A stretch of DNA of 64,000 nt from a virus (IMGVR_UViG_3300020036_009879:9651-73650); one strand, 5' to 3'. Shown: positions 27,836 to 38,357, counted from the stretch's first letter. Numbers and translations: made by a program. Notes: generated by a model from the sequence alone, not told the origin.

Positions 27836-28762
27836 TTACTCTTCTTCTCTGGTTTCTTCTTCACAGTCTCCAAAAACTTTGTCTATAAGACTATTCAAGT
27901 AAGAACTTGTGAAAGATTCAGGATTTACTCCTCTGATAATTTCAATCAAAGTTGAGAAATAGGCAACATCAACTCCAATCAATTGCTCTTCTAATACTTC
28001 AACGTTTTTTAAATCAAGCTCACTAATTTGGAACATAATTTTGAGAATCTCTCCTGCATTAATTGTCCAACCTCTATTCAAGAATTTCTTCATTCTGATG
28101 ATAGAGGTAAGTGGATATAGACTACCTTGGTATTTCAAAGTTTTAGTCAAAATTGATTCTAAAGCATCAACGTTTGTAACTAACCCTTCTTGAAAAGTGA
28201 AGTAGTTAGTGGCGTGGATAAAGTCAAAGGTTTTGTGAATCTGTTCAGAGTTACCATGAAATCTAAGAACGATTTGTAAATCATCAGTAAGTGAAATAGC
28301 ATTCTGTGATAAGAAGGCAACTTGGAATTTAGCTGGTTCTTTACCTTCTTCACATAAAAGGTCTACTTTTCTACCTTGTGACTCAATATCTAGTTTAACC
28401 TGGTCTTCTTTTAAAGTCAATAATCTAACTAGAAGTTCAGGAGAATAGGGTTCATCAGAATCTTTTAGATAAGGTTGTGATGGGTGATATTTTGGAAAAC
28501 GGTTTTTGATGTATTCGTCTTTCTTTCTACCATCAAGAACAATTCCTGGACAATAGTATTTTGCTAATTTAATTAAGACATCCATATCTTGAATATAGAC
28601 ATCATAATCATTAACAGGTTGTCCTTGGAATAGTGATGTGATTGAACCACCTGATACAAGAATGTTTTTTCTAACTTCTTGTCTTAAGACTATGTCTTCA
28701 ATTGTACTTAACCAACCATCTAGTTTTCTTACAATTACTTTTTTAATCGTTTTTCTTTGCAT
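27836..28762 (-). CDS. Putative nucleotidyltransferase (poly(A) polymerase/CCA head-like)
   Basis: VSGGSITSL...VNDYDVY and TFDF motifs. Confidence 0.55.
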   Translation of the reverse strand: MQRKTIKKVIVRKLDGWLSTIEDIVLRQEVRKNILVSGGSITSLFQGQPVNDYDVYIQDMDVLIKLAKYYCPGIVLDGRKKDEYIKNRFPKYHPSQPYLKDSDEPYSPELLVRLLTLKEDQVKLDIESQGRKVDLLCEEGKEPAKFQVAFLSQNAISLTDDLQIVLRFHGNSEQIHKTFDFIHATNYFTFQEGLVTNVDALESILTKTLKYQGSLYPLTSIIRMKKFLNRGWTINAGEILKIMFQISELDLKNVEVLEEQLIGVDVAYFSTLIEIIRGVNPESFTSSYLNSLIDKVFGDCEEETREEE

Positions 28763-28773
28763 GACTCTTTGTT

Positions 28774-28941
28774 TTACTTGTTATTTTTACTAGCTAATCT
28801 TTTAGCTTGTTGATAATATTTTTCATCAACTTCTGTTGTTTCTCCTTTTTCAGTTTCTACAAAAGATTTGAATCCATTGTGAGTCTTATAGATAGTACGT
28901 CCATCTTTAAGTTTTAGTATTTGTTCTTTCTTAGTACTCAT
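28774..28941 (-). CDS. Small hypothetical protein, 55 aa
   Basis: MSTKKEQILKLKDGRTIYKTHNGFKSF...; start overlaps stop of upstream gene. Confidence 0.55.
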   Translation of the reverse strand: MSTKKEQILKLKDGRTIYKTHNGFKSFVETEKGETTEVDEKYYQQAKRLASKNNK

Positions 28942-29189
28942 GATTGTTGTTTGTTTTTAAAGTAAGTGTCAATAGCTTCAATCTCAACATGATGGTTGGT
29001 ATATCTCTTTTTTAGTTCAGTATCTACTTCTTCAATTACTGAATTGATAAGCTGAATTGTTTCTTTTGATGAGATACTTTGATGGTCACAAGTAAAAAGT
29101 AGAGTAAGAATTGCATACTTATTTTTTACTAAATCTTTTTCACTTGGAAAGAACCAAGCTAGGAGTCTAAAATAGTTTTTTCTAAACAT
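28938..29189 (-). CDS. Hypothetical protein
   Basis: ORF track; coupled. Confidence 0.6.
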   Translation of the reverse strand: MFRKNYFRLLAWFFPSEKDLVKNKYAILTLLFTCDHQSISSKETIQLINSVIEEVDTELKKRYTNHHVEIEAIDTYFKNKQQS

Positions 29190-29191
29190 GA

Positions 29192-29422
29192 TTATTCAGA
29201 TGCTGATTCTACTTCTTCAATTGCAGTTTCAACAGAACCAACAGCATCACCTAAGATACCTGCTAATTCTTCAAATCTTTGTCCTCTTTCAGACTGTTGT
29301 AATCCTTCTGAAAGATTATCAAAACACTCTTGTTCTTGTTCTTGGATACTTTCTATTATTGATTTTGCATCCTCTAATAACTGAATAGCTTTTGCTAATT
29401 CTTTTCTTTTATCTGCATTCAT
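29192..29422 (-). CDS. Small helical hypothetical protein
   Basis: First gene after promoter cassette. Confidence 0.65.
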   Translation of the reverse strand: MNADKRKELAKAIQLLEDAKSIIESIQEQEQECFDNLSEGLQQSERGQRFEELAGILGDAVGSVETAIEEVESASE

Positions 29423-29445
29423 AACTTTAAATTTTTACGTGAATA

Positions 29446-29633
29446 ATTGTTTTAAATTTCTATGGGATAAAATTAAAGTATTTCTACCTATAAAAAAACT
29501 TTTATTACAATTATTTTTAAAAAAGTTTTAAGACCTTAAAACAATAGTTCTAAGGCCTTAAAATTTTCCATCAATATAAGAATACCTGAAGGTAGGTCAA
29601 AGGTGTTAAGACACCCTGATGTGGTTTCTAGAA
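29446..29633 (-). promoter_or_regulatory. ~185-bp repeated promoter/stem-loop cassette
   Basis: Near-identical to 35232, 39128, 45348; contains inverted repeat ttttaagacctta...taaggccttaaaa. Confidence 0.85.
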
Positions 29634-29646
29634 ACCACTTACAGGA

Positions 29647-29829
29647 TTAGGCTTTCATTCTATCTAATAATCTTTGTTTGATTTTTTGAGAATCAATCAA
29701 TTCTTCTTTTGTAATATGGTTTGATAAAAACAAAGCTTTAGTATCTTTACACTGGTAATACTTATCAGCTTTAGGACACTGTGGGGTAGGTACTAGTTTC
29801 ATTTCCCTATCTGTGAATGGACTTTTCAT
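29647..29829 (-). CDS. Small hypothetical protein
   Basis: ORF track; coupled to RNase H. Confidence 0.55.
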   Translation of the reverse strand: MKSPFTDREMKLVPTPQCPKADKYYQCKDTKALFLSNHITKEELIDSQKIKQRLLDRMKA

Positions 29830-30377
29830 TAAAACAGTTTTAAAAATGAAATATCAGGTACCCTGGTCTTATGACGTTTATAGTTAGCTAGATGGTCTAC
29901 TACTAAATTCCCTCTCACGTGTAAGTCATTACGTAACTGTTCTTTCTTAACTGGGTCCTTCTCTTTCTCAACTTGATGGGATTTGATATGTTTCAGTTCA
30001 ATTTGTAAATACCTTCTTTTTTGTAAACCCTCATGTATCAAAATCCAGAGTTGTTTATTAGCTACTTCTCCTGATGTGTTAGTCCAATTATTACTTCTCC
30101 ATTTCTCTAAACGGTTTTCAGTAAAAGTCTTTACTACATACTCAGAATCAGAATACACAATCAACTTAATTGGTTCTTGAGAATTTACTGGCATCTTCCT
30201 AATGGCATACAGTAATGCCAATACTTCCATTTCCCCTATCTTTCCCTTTGTAAAGCCTAATGAATAAGCCTTCTTTTGTCCAAACAGATTTGGGAAGTAA
30301 GTAGCAAAACCTGAGTACCCTTTCATATCTCCTGCAACAGAAGCTGAGCCATCTGTATATACTAAAATTTCTTTCAT
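29829..30377 (-). CDS. rnhA: Ribonuclease HI
   Basis: VYTDGS, E-x-x-A, YSDSEY, W...VAN..LW, HIKSH, GNLVVD. Confidence 0.88.
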   Translation of the reverse strand: MKEILVYTDGSASVAGDMKGYSGFATYFPNLFGQKKAYSLGFTKGKIGEMEVLALLYAIRKMPVNSQEPIKLIVYSDSEYVVKTFTENRLEKWRSNNWTNTSGEVANKQLWILIHEGLQKRRYLQIELKHIKSHQVEKEKDPVKKEQLRNDLHVRGNLVVDHLANYKRHKTRVPDISFLKLF

Positions 30378-30526
30378 TGGAAAAGTTTTTTTGAAAAATT
30401 AGTAATGAAAGACTCTATTCTGTCTCTGATAGAGTTCTCTCTAAATATGGTTTCAAAAAGTAATCTAATTGAAACAGACATACAAATTACTGCTAATAAA
30501 ACTAGTATTATAAGTATTAGATTCAT
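30374..30526 (-). CDS. Small membrane protein, 50 aa
   Basis: MNLILIILVLLAVICMSV...; TGA overlaps RNase H ATG. Confidence 0.55.
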   Translation of the reverse strand: MNLILIILVLLAVICMSVSIRLLFETIFRENSIRDRIESFITNFSKKLFQ

Positions 30527-30529
30527 AGG

Positions 30530-32227
30530 TTATTTTGGTTGGTTAATTTCTTCTAGTAGCATTTTTAGAACCATTTTCATACCACTTTGTTCTTTCTCTA
30601 AATCAAGTCCTTGGTTAGCTGCTGAAGTCATAATTTCTTTATCTTCCAGCATTTTCCACATCTGTTTGTCGATAGTTTCATCTGAGAGCATGAAATTGAT
30701 ATTAGGTGGTTCTTCTTGACCTGACCTATCAATTCTAGCAACAAACTGTTCAATATCTGAAGGCCTCCAAGGTAGTTCAATTACTAACATATTAGAACAA
30801 ACTGTTTGTAACCCATCTACACCAGTACCTGCTGAAGCTTGATTGGCAAATAAGAAAGGTTCATCATTAGAAATCCAGTCTTTGATAATCTTCTGTTTCT
30901 TAATAGCTGATACTCCACCAGCTAATAACTTGCTATTGAACTTCTCAGATAAGTACTCTAACGGTTCTCTATGGATTCCAAATATTACTAGTTTCTCTTT
31001 ACTTACTTTCCAGTCTCTAAGATATTGTTCAATAGCTTTCATCTTGCCTTCTACTGAAAGTTTTCTTAAGACACCAAGTGAAACTAATGCCTCTGCCCCC
31101 ATTGCTTTTTCAGCAGCTTCTTCTCCTTTAGTTTCATGTAAGTACTGTATTAAGTTTTCACTGGCTCTTTTAATTTCACTAGTATTTGTAATAGGTACTT
31201 TCAAGATAGTTTGGATAGCTAGAGGAAGTTCAGCAAGTACGTCTTTCTTTTCTCTCCTTAAGTAACAAACTTCTCTCAATTTTTGATTAAGTTCAAGTAA
31301 GTTAGTGGCACCAGAACATTCCCATCCAAATTTACTCTTGAAACCATTACAGTATCTTTGTATGTATTCTTCCCAATTGTTTGCTATTAAATGTTCTTTT
31401 TTAAGGATAACTAATAAATTCCATAGTTCAGAAGGTTTTGACATTGTTACTGTACCAGTCAGTAGTTGTATGATACAATTTAGCTTTTTAGTAATAAGTC
31501 TAACTGCCTTTGACCTCTGTGCTGACTCTTCCTTCATATAGTGGGCCTCATCTCCTATGAACATTTTCCACTTGATGAGAAGTAGTTCTTCATATTTGAC
31601 TGTAATTCCCTTGCCCTTCTTTTTACCTAGAATATCATAGTTGATAATTACTACATCTGTATCCCAAATTCTTGGTCTTTTTTTAGTTACTTCTGATTCA
31701 ATTACTGAAATAGTTCTATGTGGTCCTACTATTTCAGCCCATTTCTCAGCCCAATTATATTTAACTGATGCTGGACAAACTACTAGACAGGGGAATGAAT
31801 TTGTATATTCAGCATAAATAATAGCTTCAAAAGTCTTACCTATACCTACAGCATCTCCATTGATTACACTTCCTTTTTCTATACCATAACCTAAGCTTTC
31901 TACTTGATAGTTTCTGGGCTTGTAAGTAAAGTTTATTTCATTTAATGTCTCTTCTAGTTCTTCAACTCTTTCTTTTTCAAGAGAGTAGTCATACTTCTGT
32001 ATCCCTGTATTGTCTACAGGTTTATTCTTAAAATCCCACTCTACTAAGAATGGAATAATTCTAGGCTTACTCCAAACATCAACAGGTATAATCCAGATTT
32101 TTAAAACTGGGTTATACCTGGCGTTGTAACTTACTTCTTTGATTGACTTAATAATAAGTTCATCTTTAAAGTCAAAATCTAGGATAAGCTGCTTATTGAT
32201 TGTATCAATCCTGTAAGTGTTTTTCAT
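30530..32227 (-). CDS. SNF2/HARP-like SF2 helicase
   Basis: GDAVGIGKT, VVCPASVKYNW, DEAH, LTGT, GVDGLQ, QFVARIDRSGQ. Confidence 0.88.
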   Translation of the reverse strand: MKNTYRIDTINKQLILDFDFKDELIIKSIKEVSYNARYNPVLKIWIIPVDVWSKPRIIPFLVEWDFKNKPVDNTGIQKYDYSLEKERVEELEETLNEINFTYKPRNYQVESLGYGIEKGSVINGDAVGIGKTFEAIIYAEYTNSFPCLVVCPASVKYNWAEKWAEIVGPHRTISVIESEVTKKRPRIWDTDVVIINYDILGKKKGKGITVKYEELLLIKWKMFIGDEAHYMKEESAQRSKAVRLITKKLNCIIQLLTGTVTMSKPSELWNLLVILKKEHLIANNWEEYIQRYCNGFKSKFGWECSGATNLLELNQKLREVCYLRREKKDVLAELPLAIQTILKVPITNTSEIKRASENLIQYLHETKGEEAAEKAMGAEALVSLGVLRKLSVEGKMKAIEQYLRDWKVSKEKLVIFGIHREPLEYLSEKFNSKLLAGGVSAIKKQKIIKDWISNDEPFLFANQASAGTGVDGLQTVCSNMLVIELPWRPSDIEQFVARIDRSGQEEPPNINFMLSDETIDKQMWKMLEDKEIMTSAANQGLDLEKEQSGMKMVLKMLLEEINQPK

Positions 32228-32502
32228 TACTTCATTTTTTCTTCTGAGAGAACTATCTCTTCTGTTTCTAAATCCTGGCTCTTTAGAATGATAACATTCA
32301 TAAATCTTAGTCTTCGTCTATCACCATAGCTCTGAAGTCTTACAGTTTCTAGTTCTCTAAAACTATCATAGCTAATAGTAGCATATTTTGGATAGAAGCC
32401 ATCATTTCTTTTTCTGTACTCGTAGATGTTAATTTCTAACTCTTCTACAATTCTTATTTTATTTGCCATCTTCGTCTTTATTTTGATTATGATGTGCTCC
32501 AT
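32227..32502 (-). CDS. Hypothetical protein
   Basis: ORF track. Confidence 0.5.
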   Translation of the reverse strand: MEHIIIKIKTKMANKIRIVEELEINIYEYRKRNDGFYPKYATISYDSFRELETVRLQSYGDRRRLRFMNVIILKSQDLETEEIVLSEEKMK

Positions 32503-32567
32503 AGTTAAAGAGCATTACAAAAATATTAAAGACTAGAATAAAGATTAAAATTATTTTCCACATAGTT

Positions 32568-32789
32568 TTAGATATTTGACTTGTTTCTAAATTGAGTTAC
32601 TGTCTTTGATTTGATAGGTTTAGTACTTGAATACTTAACTTGTTTGCCTCCACTCTTTTTGTTCTTCACTTTCTTTGTAGAGTTTCTTTTCTGTGGGTTA
32701 GTTGTAACTACACAAGACCTTTTTAAGTCTTTCTGCATTTGAGCTGTAGCTATTATAAGTCCCCCTAGTATTAGTCTAATATTACTCAT
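32568..32789 (-). CDS. Small basic hypothetical protein
   Basis: ORF track. Confidence 0.5.
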   Translation of the reverse strand: MSNIRLILGGLIIATAQMQKDLKRSCVVTTNPQKRNSTKKVKNKKSGGKQVKYSSTKPIKSKTVTQFRNKSNI

Positions 32790-32790
32790 A

Positions 32791-33162
32791 CTACCATCTG
32801 TAATTTGGTCCTCTCATTCTTATAGGAGAATCTACTATACACTGATTTTGTCCAAATCTTTCTAGAAATCTATGAACTTCTTCTACAGTTTGATTATCAA
32901 ATCTATAAAACTTTACAATATTCTCTACTCCTCTTTTTCTCATTACAAGTACAATAGAAGGGTCTTTAATATTAATATCAGCAACTACAGTGAAGTCTTT
33001 ATTGATAAACTTTACATGTTCAATTATCTCTCTATAGTCTCTATGGATATGAAACATTCTTTCAGACTGATGTTTAAGTTGTGTTTTTAGCTGTTCATTT
33101 TCACGTTTTAGTTCAGTGATACCTAGAACTTCTTGAATCCAAATTTTTAGTCTACTTTTCAT
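32791..33162 (-). CDS. Hypothetical protein
   Basis: ORF track; overlaps ligase stop. Confidence 0.6.
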   Translation of the reverse strand: MKSRLKIWIQEVLGITELKRENEQLKTQLKHQSERMFHIHRDYREIIEHVKFINKDFTVVADINIKDPSIVLVMRKRGVENIVKFYRFDNQTVEEVHRFLERFGQNQCIVDSPIRMRGPNYRW

Positions 33163-34231
33163 CTCTCCAGTTTTTAAAGAAAGCGTGTCTTGGGAAATCT
33201 TTCACTGGAACCATTGCTGTGTAAGTAAAATGTCTACCAATGTAGTTTTCTTTGTTAATAAGTAGTTCTCTCTTAGCTTCATTATCAAACCCATTTAAAC
33301 CAACAATGAACTCACCAAGGTTAGTTCCATCTTCTTTTGTATAAGATACTAGAAACCCTTTTGCTAAACCTGATAGTTCACGGTCATCTTTCTTTTTAGA
33401 GGTTTCTGAGTAACCGAGTTTGTCAACAGTGGTTTCAATACCTTCTTTGATAGAAGTTCCTTCTAATACATTTAGAACTACAGCATCGTATTCTAGGGCA
33501 TCATCTTTCATTTTTAGAAGAGTTCCTTGTGTAAGACTGTTTCTTCCAAACTTGTATTCATGATTTCTATGAGTAAGTACTAATCCTTCATAACCTTCTT
33601 CTAAAGCTTCTTCATACAAATCTTGTAGTCTTTCTTTTGAGACAACCATATATGGAGGAGTCATTTCAATATAGATATTTTTAATCAATCCAGACTCTTT
33701 CATTCTTTTTCTGATTTCTGACATTCTTTCTTCATAACCTACTAAGTCAGTTCTATCAAGAACAAGTCCATCAAAAATGTGGATTTGTAGTTCAAGGTGA
33801 AAGTTAGTTAAAAAATCAATACTTAGACTATCATAGTCTTTTCTGAATTTTTCTGGGTCTTTTCTAAAAGCTTTAACTAATTCAGTATGATAATCAATAG
33901 ACTCAACATTCTCCTTAGTAAAGAATCTAAAGATTGAATTGAACTTGATTCCATGCATATAGAATTCTCCATCAACAGCAATGTTAAGTCTTTTCAGCTC
34001 TATTGCTATATCCTGAAATCTTTCAATCACTAATTTACTTCCTGGAACTTTTAAAGCTCTTGAAAGAACCAATCCATCAAGTAATTGTAGTCTAACTCCA
34101 TCTTTTTTCTTGTTGATGTAGTACTGGTCATAATCTCCGTTTTTCATAATGACTTTGTCTAAATCAAATGAACCATCTTTAGGGTTATTAGGAATCAGGT
34201 TTGGACGGAAAACTTTTAAAAGTGTACTCAT
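33152..34231 (-). CDS. ATP-dependent DNA ligase
   Basis: KKDGVR adenylation motif, VDGEFY, FDG, YEGLVL, LLKMK. Confidence 0.88.
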   Translation of the reverse strand: MSTLLKVFRPNLIPNNPKDGSFDLDKVIMKNGDYDQYYINKKKDGVRLQLLDGLVLSRALKVPGSKLVIERFQDIAIELKRLNIAVDGEFYMHGIKFNSIFRFFTKENVESIDYHTELVKAFRKDPEKFRKDYDSLSIDFLTNFHLELQIHIFDGLVLDRTDLVGYEERMSEIRKRMKESGLIKNIYIEMTPPYMVVSKERLQDLYEEALEEGYEGLVLTHRNHEYKFGRNSLTQGTLLKMKDDALEYDAVVLNVLEGTSIKEGIETTVDKLGYSETSKKKDDRELSGLAKGFLVSYTKEDGTNLGEFIVGLNGFDNEAKRELLINKENYIGRHFTYTAMVPVKDFPRHAFFKNWRDEK

Positions 34232-34232
34232 A

Positions 34233-34397
34233 CTATTCTTTGTTATATTTTTTCTTTAGCTTATTATTAGATGCTCTTTCATCTTTTTCACCCTTAGAAT
34301 AAAAGTCAGATTTATTTAGTCTGTGTCCTGTAATAGGGTGAATACTATGATTCCAAAACTGTTTAAGTTGTCCAGGTGTTACTTTAATTTGTTTCAT
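34233..34397 (-). CDS. Small basic hypothetical protein, 54 aa
   Basis: Manual translation fills the gap between neighbours. Confidence 0.5.
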   Translation of the reverse strand: MKQIKVTPGQLKQFWNHSIHPITGHRLNKSDFYSKGEKDERASNNKLKKKYNKE

Positions 34398-34398
34398 T

Positions 34399-35228
34399 TT
34401 AGATTACTTTTACTCTCTGTATAATAGTTTGTTTTACTCCTTTATATTCTTCATGTTTGATAGTAGCTTTAATTTTTGTAAACCCTTCTTCATTAAAACA
34501 AGGAGAAGTAGTTCCTTTGTAGATGTACTCATTACCTTCTAAGTCATTATAGGTAACTATACTTACATATCCATACATTGAATCATATCCAGCTCTTCTA
34601 ACTTCTTTAAGTTCTAGGCCTACTCTTTCTTTTTCAGTATGAAGGAAGAAACTATTTTGAACTTTAATTTTGTAGTCATAGTCTCTTTTTGTGATATAAC
34701 TTAAATTAACATTAAGTATCCACTCCCCTAGTCTATCATCCCATTTATCACCTACGTGTTTGAATTTAACAATTTCACCTAGTTCAATTAATCTTCTTCT
34801 AGCAAGAACTCTTCTTCTAAGTGGTTTTGAAGTGTTAAATTCTTTTGGGTGTCCAATAGCTCCTGGTCCTGAAAGTACTCTATTTAGTTGCCAAACATCA
34901 TCAGTCTCTAGAATATTTACCATCTGTAATTTTCCAAAAGGGAATACAGTATAAGGGAACATCATTCTTTCAGTTTTAGTAAAAGATGATGTTTGTCCTC
35001 TTAGACTTTCATCAATCTCTGGCTTAAGTTTATATTTTTTTTAAACTTTATAATAGCTTCACTTTCTGACTTTGAAAGATTTTGTATATATGTATACTTC
35101 CAGTCTGTATAGACGTGAGTTCTTACATTATTTATTACTTCAAATCTTCTAATTTCAGTTAGACTCCATAAAGTAAAGTACTCTGTTGCAAATCCAATTA
35201 GCTTTGTATTTTTAGCTTCTACTGACAT
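34399..35228 (-). pseudogene. One ~276-aa gene split by a frameshift in an A8 run (35035-35042)
   Basis: One extra A joins ...AIIKFKK to KYKLKPEIDESLRGQTSSFTKTERMMFPY, bridging both ORF-track fragments with no stop. Confidence 0.65.
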
Positions 35229-35231
35229 AAT

Positions 35232-35399
35232 AATTGTTTTTTAAATTTCTATGGGATAAAATTAAAGTATTTTCTCCTTATAAAAAACTTTTATTACAAT
35301 TATTTTTAAAAAGTTTTAAGACCTTAAAATAATGGTTCTAAGGCCTTAAAAAATTCAAGCAATATAAGAATACCTGAAGGTAGGTCAAAGGTGTTAAAA
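35232..35399 (-). promoter_or_regulatory. Repeated promoter/stem-loop cassette
   Basis: Near-identical to 29446 and 39128. Confidence 0.85.
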
Positions 35400-35411
35400 C
35401 CGTTTCAAAAC

Positions 35412-35999
35412 CTAAGCTACATACCTTCTATAACGATAAACACAGATTAAAAAACTATCTGTCTTATTATCATCAATATTTTTAGAACGAGGTGTTCTTT
35501 TGAAATCTAGTGTAGGAGCTAAGTCCTGAGCTACTATGGCTGATGTTGCCTTGGTGTCATGTACCATCGTCTTGCCTGTTGATGAAGGTACTTTCACTTT
35601 TTCATAACCTTGGTAGATATAAGACTGCCACTTTTGAGGTCTTACTAGTTCAATCTCTGCTTTCAACATTATGAGTAACATCATTTGGAGTCCTGCTGTG
35701 TGTCCGAAATTAAAGTTGTTTTCTGCTGACCAACCTTGTCTCCCTCCAACTTCTTCTATGGCAGCTATAAACTGACAGTTTGGATACTTCTTGTGTATTT
35801 CAAAAACCAGTCCTCTAAACCCTTCAGTGTGAAACTCTGTTTTCATTTCAGGTTTTCCTGATTTCAATATAGTACCAGTTTCTATTTTGTGTTCTGGCAT
35901 TGAGTAAAAATCATACTCATCAACTGTTGGGTCATAAATAGTAATAAACCCTGACTTACCAGGGTCTACTCCTAAAAAAATTTTTTTCTTTTCACTCAT
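35412..35999 (-). CDS. RuvC-like Holliday junction resolvase
   Basis: LGVDPGKSG, AIEEV, F.FG, VRPQKWQ, DNKTDS. Confidence 0.75.
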   Translation of the reverse strand: MSEKKKIFLGVDPGKSGFITIYDPTVDEYDFYSMPEHKIETGTILKSGKPEMKTEFHTEGFRGLVFEIHKKYPNCQFIAAIEEVGGRQGWSAENNFNFGHTAGLQMMLLIMLKAEIELVRPQKWQSYIYQGYEKVKVPSSTGKTMVHDTKATSAIVAQDLAPTLDFKRTPRSKNIDDNKTDSFLICVYRYRRYVA

Positions 36000-36006
36000 T
36001 TATTTA

Positions 36007-38199
36007 TTATTTAATGTATGAAATCCCGTTTTCTTTAACTAGTGTTAAAACATCACTACTTTCTTTAAGTGCAATGTGAGTAATAAGTAGAACAGGAATT
36101 GATAACAATTTAGCTGATTCAATAAGACTTACTATACCAGCTGAGTCTACACCTTCAAACACCTCATCAATAGCTAAGAAATCTAGTCCTCCATAAGGGT
36201 GAGTTTCATTTATCATGAAACGATTAGCTAAGATTGAACTAAATAGTAGACGTCCTCTTTCTCCTCCACTGAAGGATGAAAAAGTCCTTTCAATATTACG
36301 TATAATAATAGCATTAATCTCCTCTTTGATAGTTCCATCAGCTTTTACTTTGAATCCTTCAATTTTAACTACAAGGTCTGAGTTCATTCCTTGTAAGTAT
36401 CTATTACAATGGTACTCCATTACTCCTAATGATTTATTAGCTAAGTACATTCTAAACTGTTTAAAGTTTTGAATCCAAAGCTTTTTATTAGTAAGTTCTG
36501 TTTCTTTTTGTAACAGATTTAACTGGTGTGTTGAAAGTTGTTTTTTGTACATTACTAAGTCATCTTCAAGCTTTTTGATTAGTTCAGTATTAATAGACAC
36601 TTCAAGAGTCTTTTTACTTTCTTCGATTAGAGTAATCTCTTTTTCTTTTAGCTTGATTTCACTCTTAACATTTTTGACTTGAACATCTACTTGTTTTAAC
36701 TCTTCTTCAAGTGTAACAATATCAGCTATTCTCTTCTTTTCAGTTAGTTCAAGACTCTTTAGTTTCAAGTTCTCACTATCAAGTTTTGTTTGGATTTCAT
36801 TTAGACTTTTGGTACACTGGTTTAAAGATACTGAAAGTTTATTCTTATCTTCATTTGACTGTTTCTCTTCACTATTGATTGAAGAAATGTTAGTCTCTAG
36901 CTCCTGAATAGTTTTTGAAACTGAATCAATGAATCCTTGTTGTTCTTCTACAGAAATAAAAGACTTTTCTTTTAGTTCTAGTGCCCCCTTTTTCTTAGTT
37001 TTCAAAGTTTCAAGGTCACCATCTAAGATGAATTCATGTTGACAATTAGGACAAACTATAGCTCCACCAAGCTTTACCTCTAATCCTTGTATAAAAGTAA
37101 GTACCTTAGTATACAAAGTATCTTTCTCTTTTTTAGCTACCTTCAGTAATTCTAACTTTTCCTTTTCAGTTAACTTATCTTTTTCAAGTAAGTCTCTTTT
37201 TGATTTGAAGTCAATATCTTTAAACTTATCTAGCAAATCTTTTGCTGACTGTACAGATTTTGAACTAATCTGTAGTTCTGTACTTATCTTTTGGATACTG
37301 GTTTCAATCTCAACTTTCTTAGTAGAGTTAGCTTTTTCTTCTAACTTGAGTTCATCAATACGCTTTTGAGTAATAGGTTTAGAAGATTCTTTAGTTTTAA
37401 TACTGTTCTCAAGAGTAACAATACTAAGTCTAACTTCCTCAATCTCTTCATCTAACTCTTCAGTTTTTTCTTCTAACTCTAACTCTAAATCTCTCTCTTG
37501 TTCAGTTTTTAAGTTTTCTTCTGTCAACTCAATCTTACCTACAACAGTTCCAGCTAGTGTTCTGAGTCCACTTATCTGTTCATCAAGTTCAGTAGTATCA
37601 ATCTCTTCAAGTCCTTGTACTATACTAGCATCTGAAAATCGATTAATAAGAGCAACCTTCTCAGTATTAGAAGATTTGAAAAAGGATTTGAAACGGGTAT
37701 TGTTAATAATGAAGTAATTAAATAAGTCTTCTTTTGAAATAGCAAACCAGTCTGAGATTTTGTTCTTCCCATCATTTACACTAGAAAAACTAACAGGTTC
37801 CCAACTTTCAGAGCCATACTTTTGAATCTTGAGTCTTAGAGTATTTGAATCTTTAAGATTGATAGACCAGTCTATATGTAGTCTTTCTTTACGATAGTCA
37901 CAACTGGCGAATAATTGTATATTGGCTTGTTTTTTACCATACGTTATGAGTTCAGAGTCATTTACTCCTCTACTATTTGAAGCTGTGATACACTGTTCTA
38001 TTCCTGTTTGTAAACCAGATTTTCCTGTACCATTAGTTTCTTGTTCGTCATCAGTTAAGTTTATTCCTTGTACAAGTAAAGGTTTAGCTTCAAATGAATA
38101 GTCAAGTTCATCAAAACTTAAAAAGTCTTTTAATATTAGTCTGTCTAGTCTCATAGTTATAAATTTAAGTACACTATACTTAGTAAAAAAACTATCCAA
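36007..38199 (-). CDS. SbcC/Rad50-like recombination ATPase
   Basis: NGTGKS, coiled coil with CPNC hook, FSGGE, LAIDEVF, LITH. Confidence 0.88.
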   Translation of the reverse strand: MDSFFTKYSVLKFITMRLDRLILKDFLSFDELDYSFEAKPLLVQGINLTDDEQETNGTGKSGLQTGIEQCITASNSRGVNDSELITYGKKQANIQLFASCDYRKERLHIDWSINLKDSNTLRLKIQKYGSESWEPVSFSSVNDGKNKISDWFAISKEDLFNYFIINNTRFKSFFKSSNTEKVALINRFSDASIVQGLEEIDTTELDEQISGLRTLAGTVVGKIELTEENLKTEQERDLELELEEKTEELDEEIEEVRLSIVTLENSIKTKESSKPITQKRIDELKLEEKANSTKKVEIETSIQKISTELQISSKSVQSAKDLLDKFKDIDFKSKRDLLEKDKLTEKEKLELLKVAKKEKDTLYTKVLTFIQGLEVKLGGAIVCPNCQHEFILDGDLETLKTKKKGALELKEKSFISVEEQQGFIDSVSKTIQELETNISSINSEEKQSNEDKNKLSVSLNQCTKSLNEIQTKLDSENLKLKSLELTEKKRIADIVTLEEELKQVDVQVKNVKSEIKLKEKEITLIEESKKTLEVSINTELIKKLEDDLVMYKKQLSTHQLNLLQKETELTNKKLWIQNFKQFRMYLANKSLGVMEYHCNRYLQGMNSDLVVKIEGFKVKADGTIKEEINAIIIRNIERTFSSFSGGERGRLLFSSILANRFMINETHPYGGLDFLAIDEVFEGVDSAGIVSLIESAKLLSIPVLLITHIALKESSDVLTLVKENGISYIK

Positions 38200-38357
38200 T
38201 ATAGATTGTAGAGTAGTAAAGTAGTATAATTAATTGAACCTATTTTACTACACCAAGAATCATCTGACTTAATAGTGTCCTTCAAAACTAATAATAGAAC
38301 TAACCCTATTAAAGGAAAGAAGAAGGCTATTTTAAGTATTATTGGAATTGTTTTCAT
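38157..38357 (-). CDS. Small membrane protein
   Basis: Two hydrophobic segments. Confidence 0.5.
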   Translation of the reverse strand: MKTIPIILKIAFFFPLIGLVLLLVLKDTIKSDDSWCSKIGSINYTTLLLYNLYWIVFLLSIVYLNL

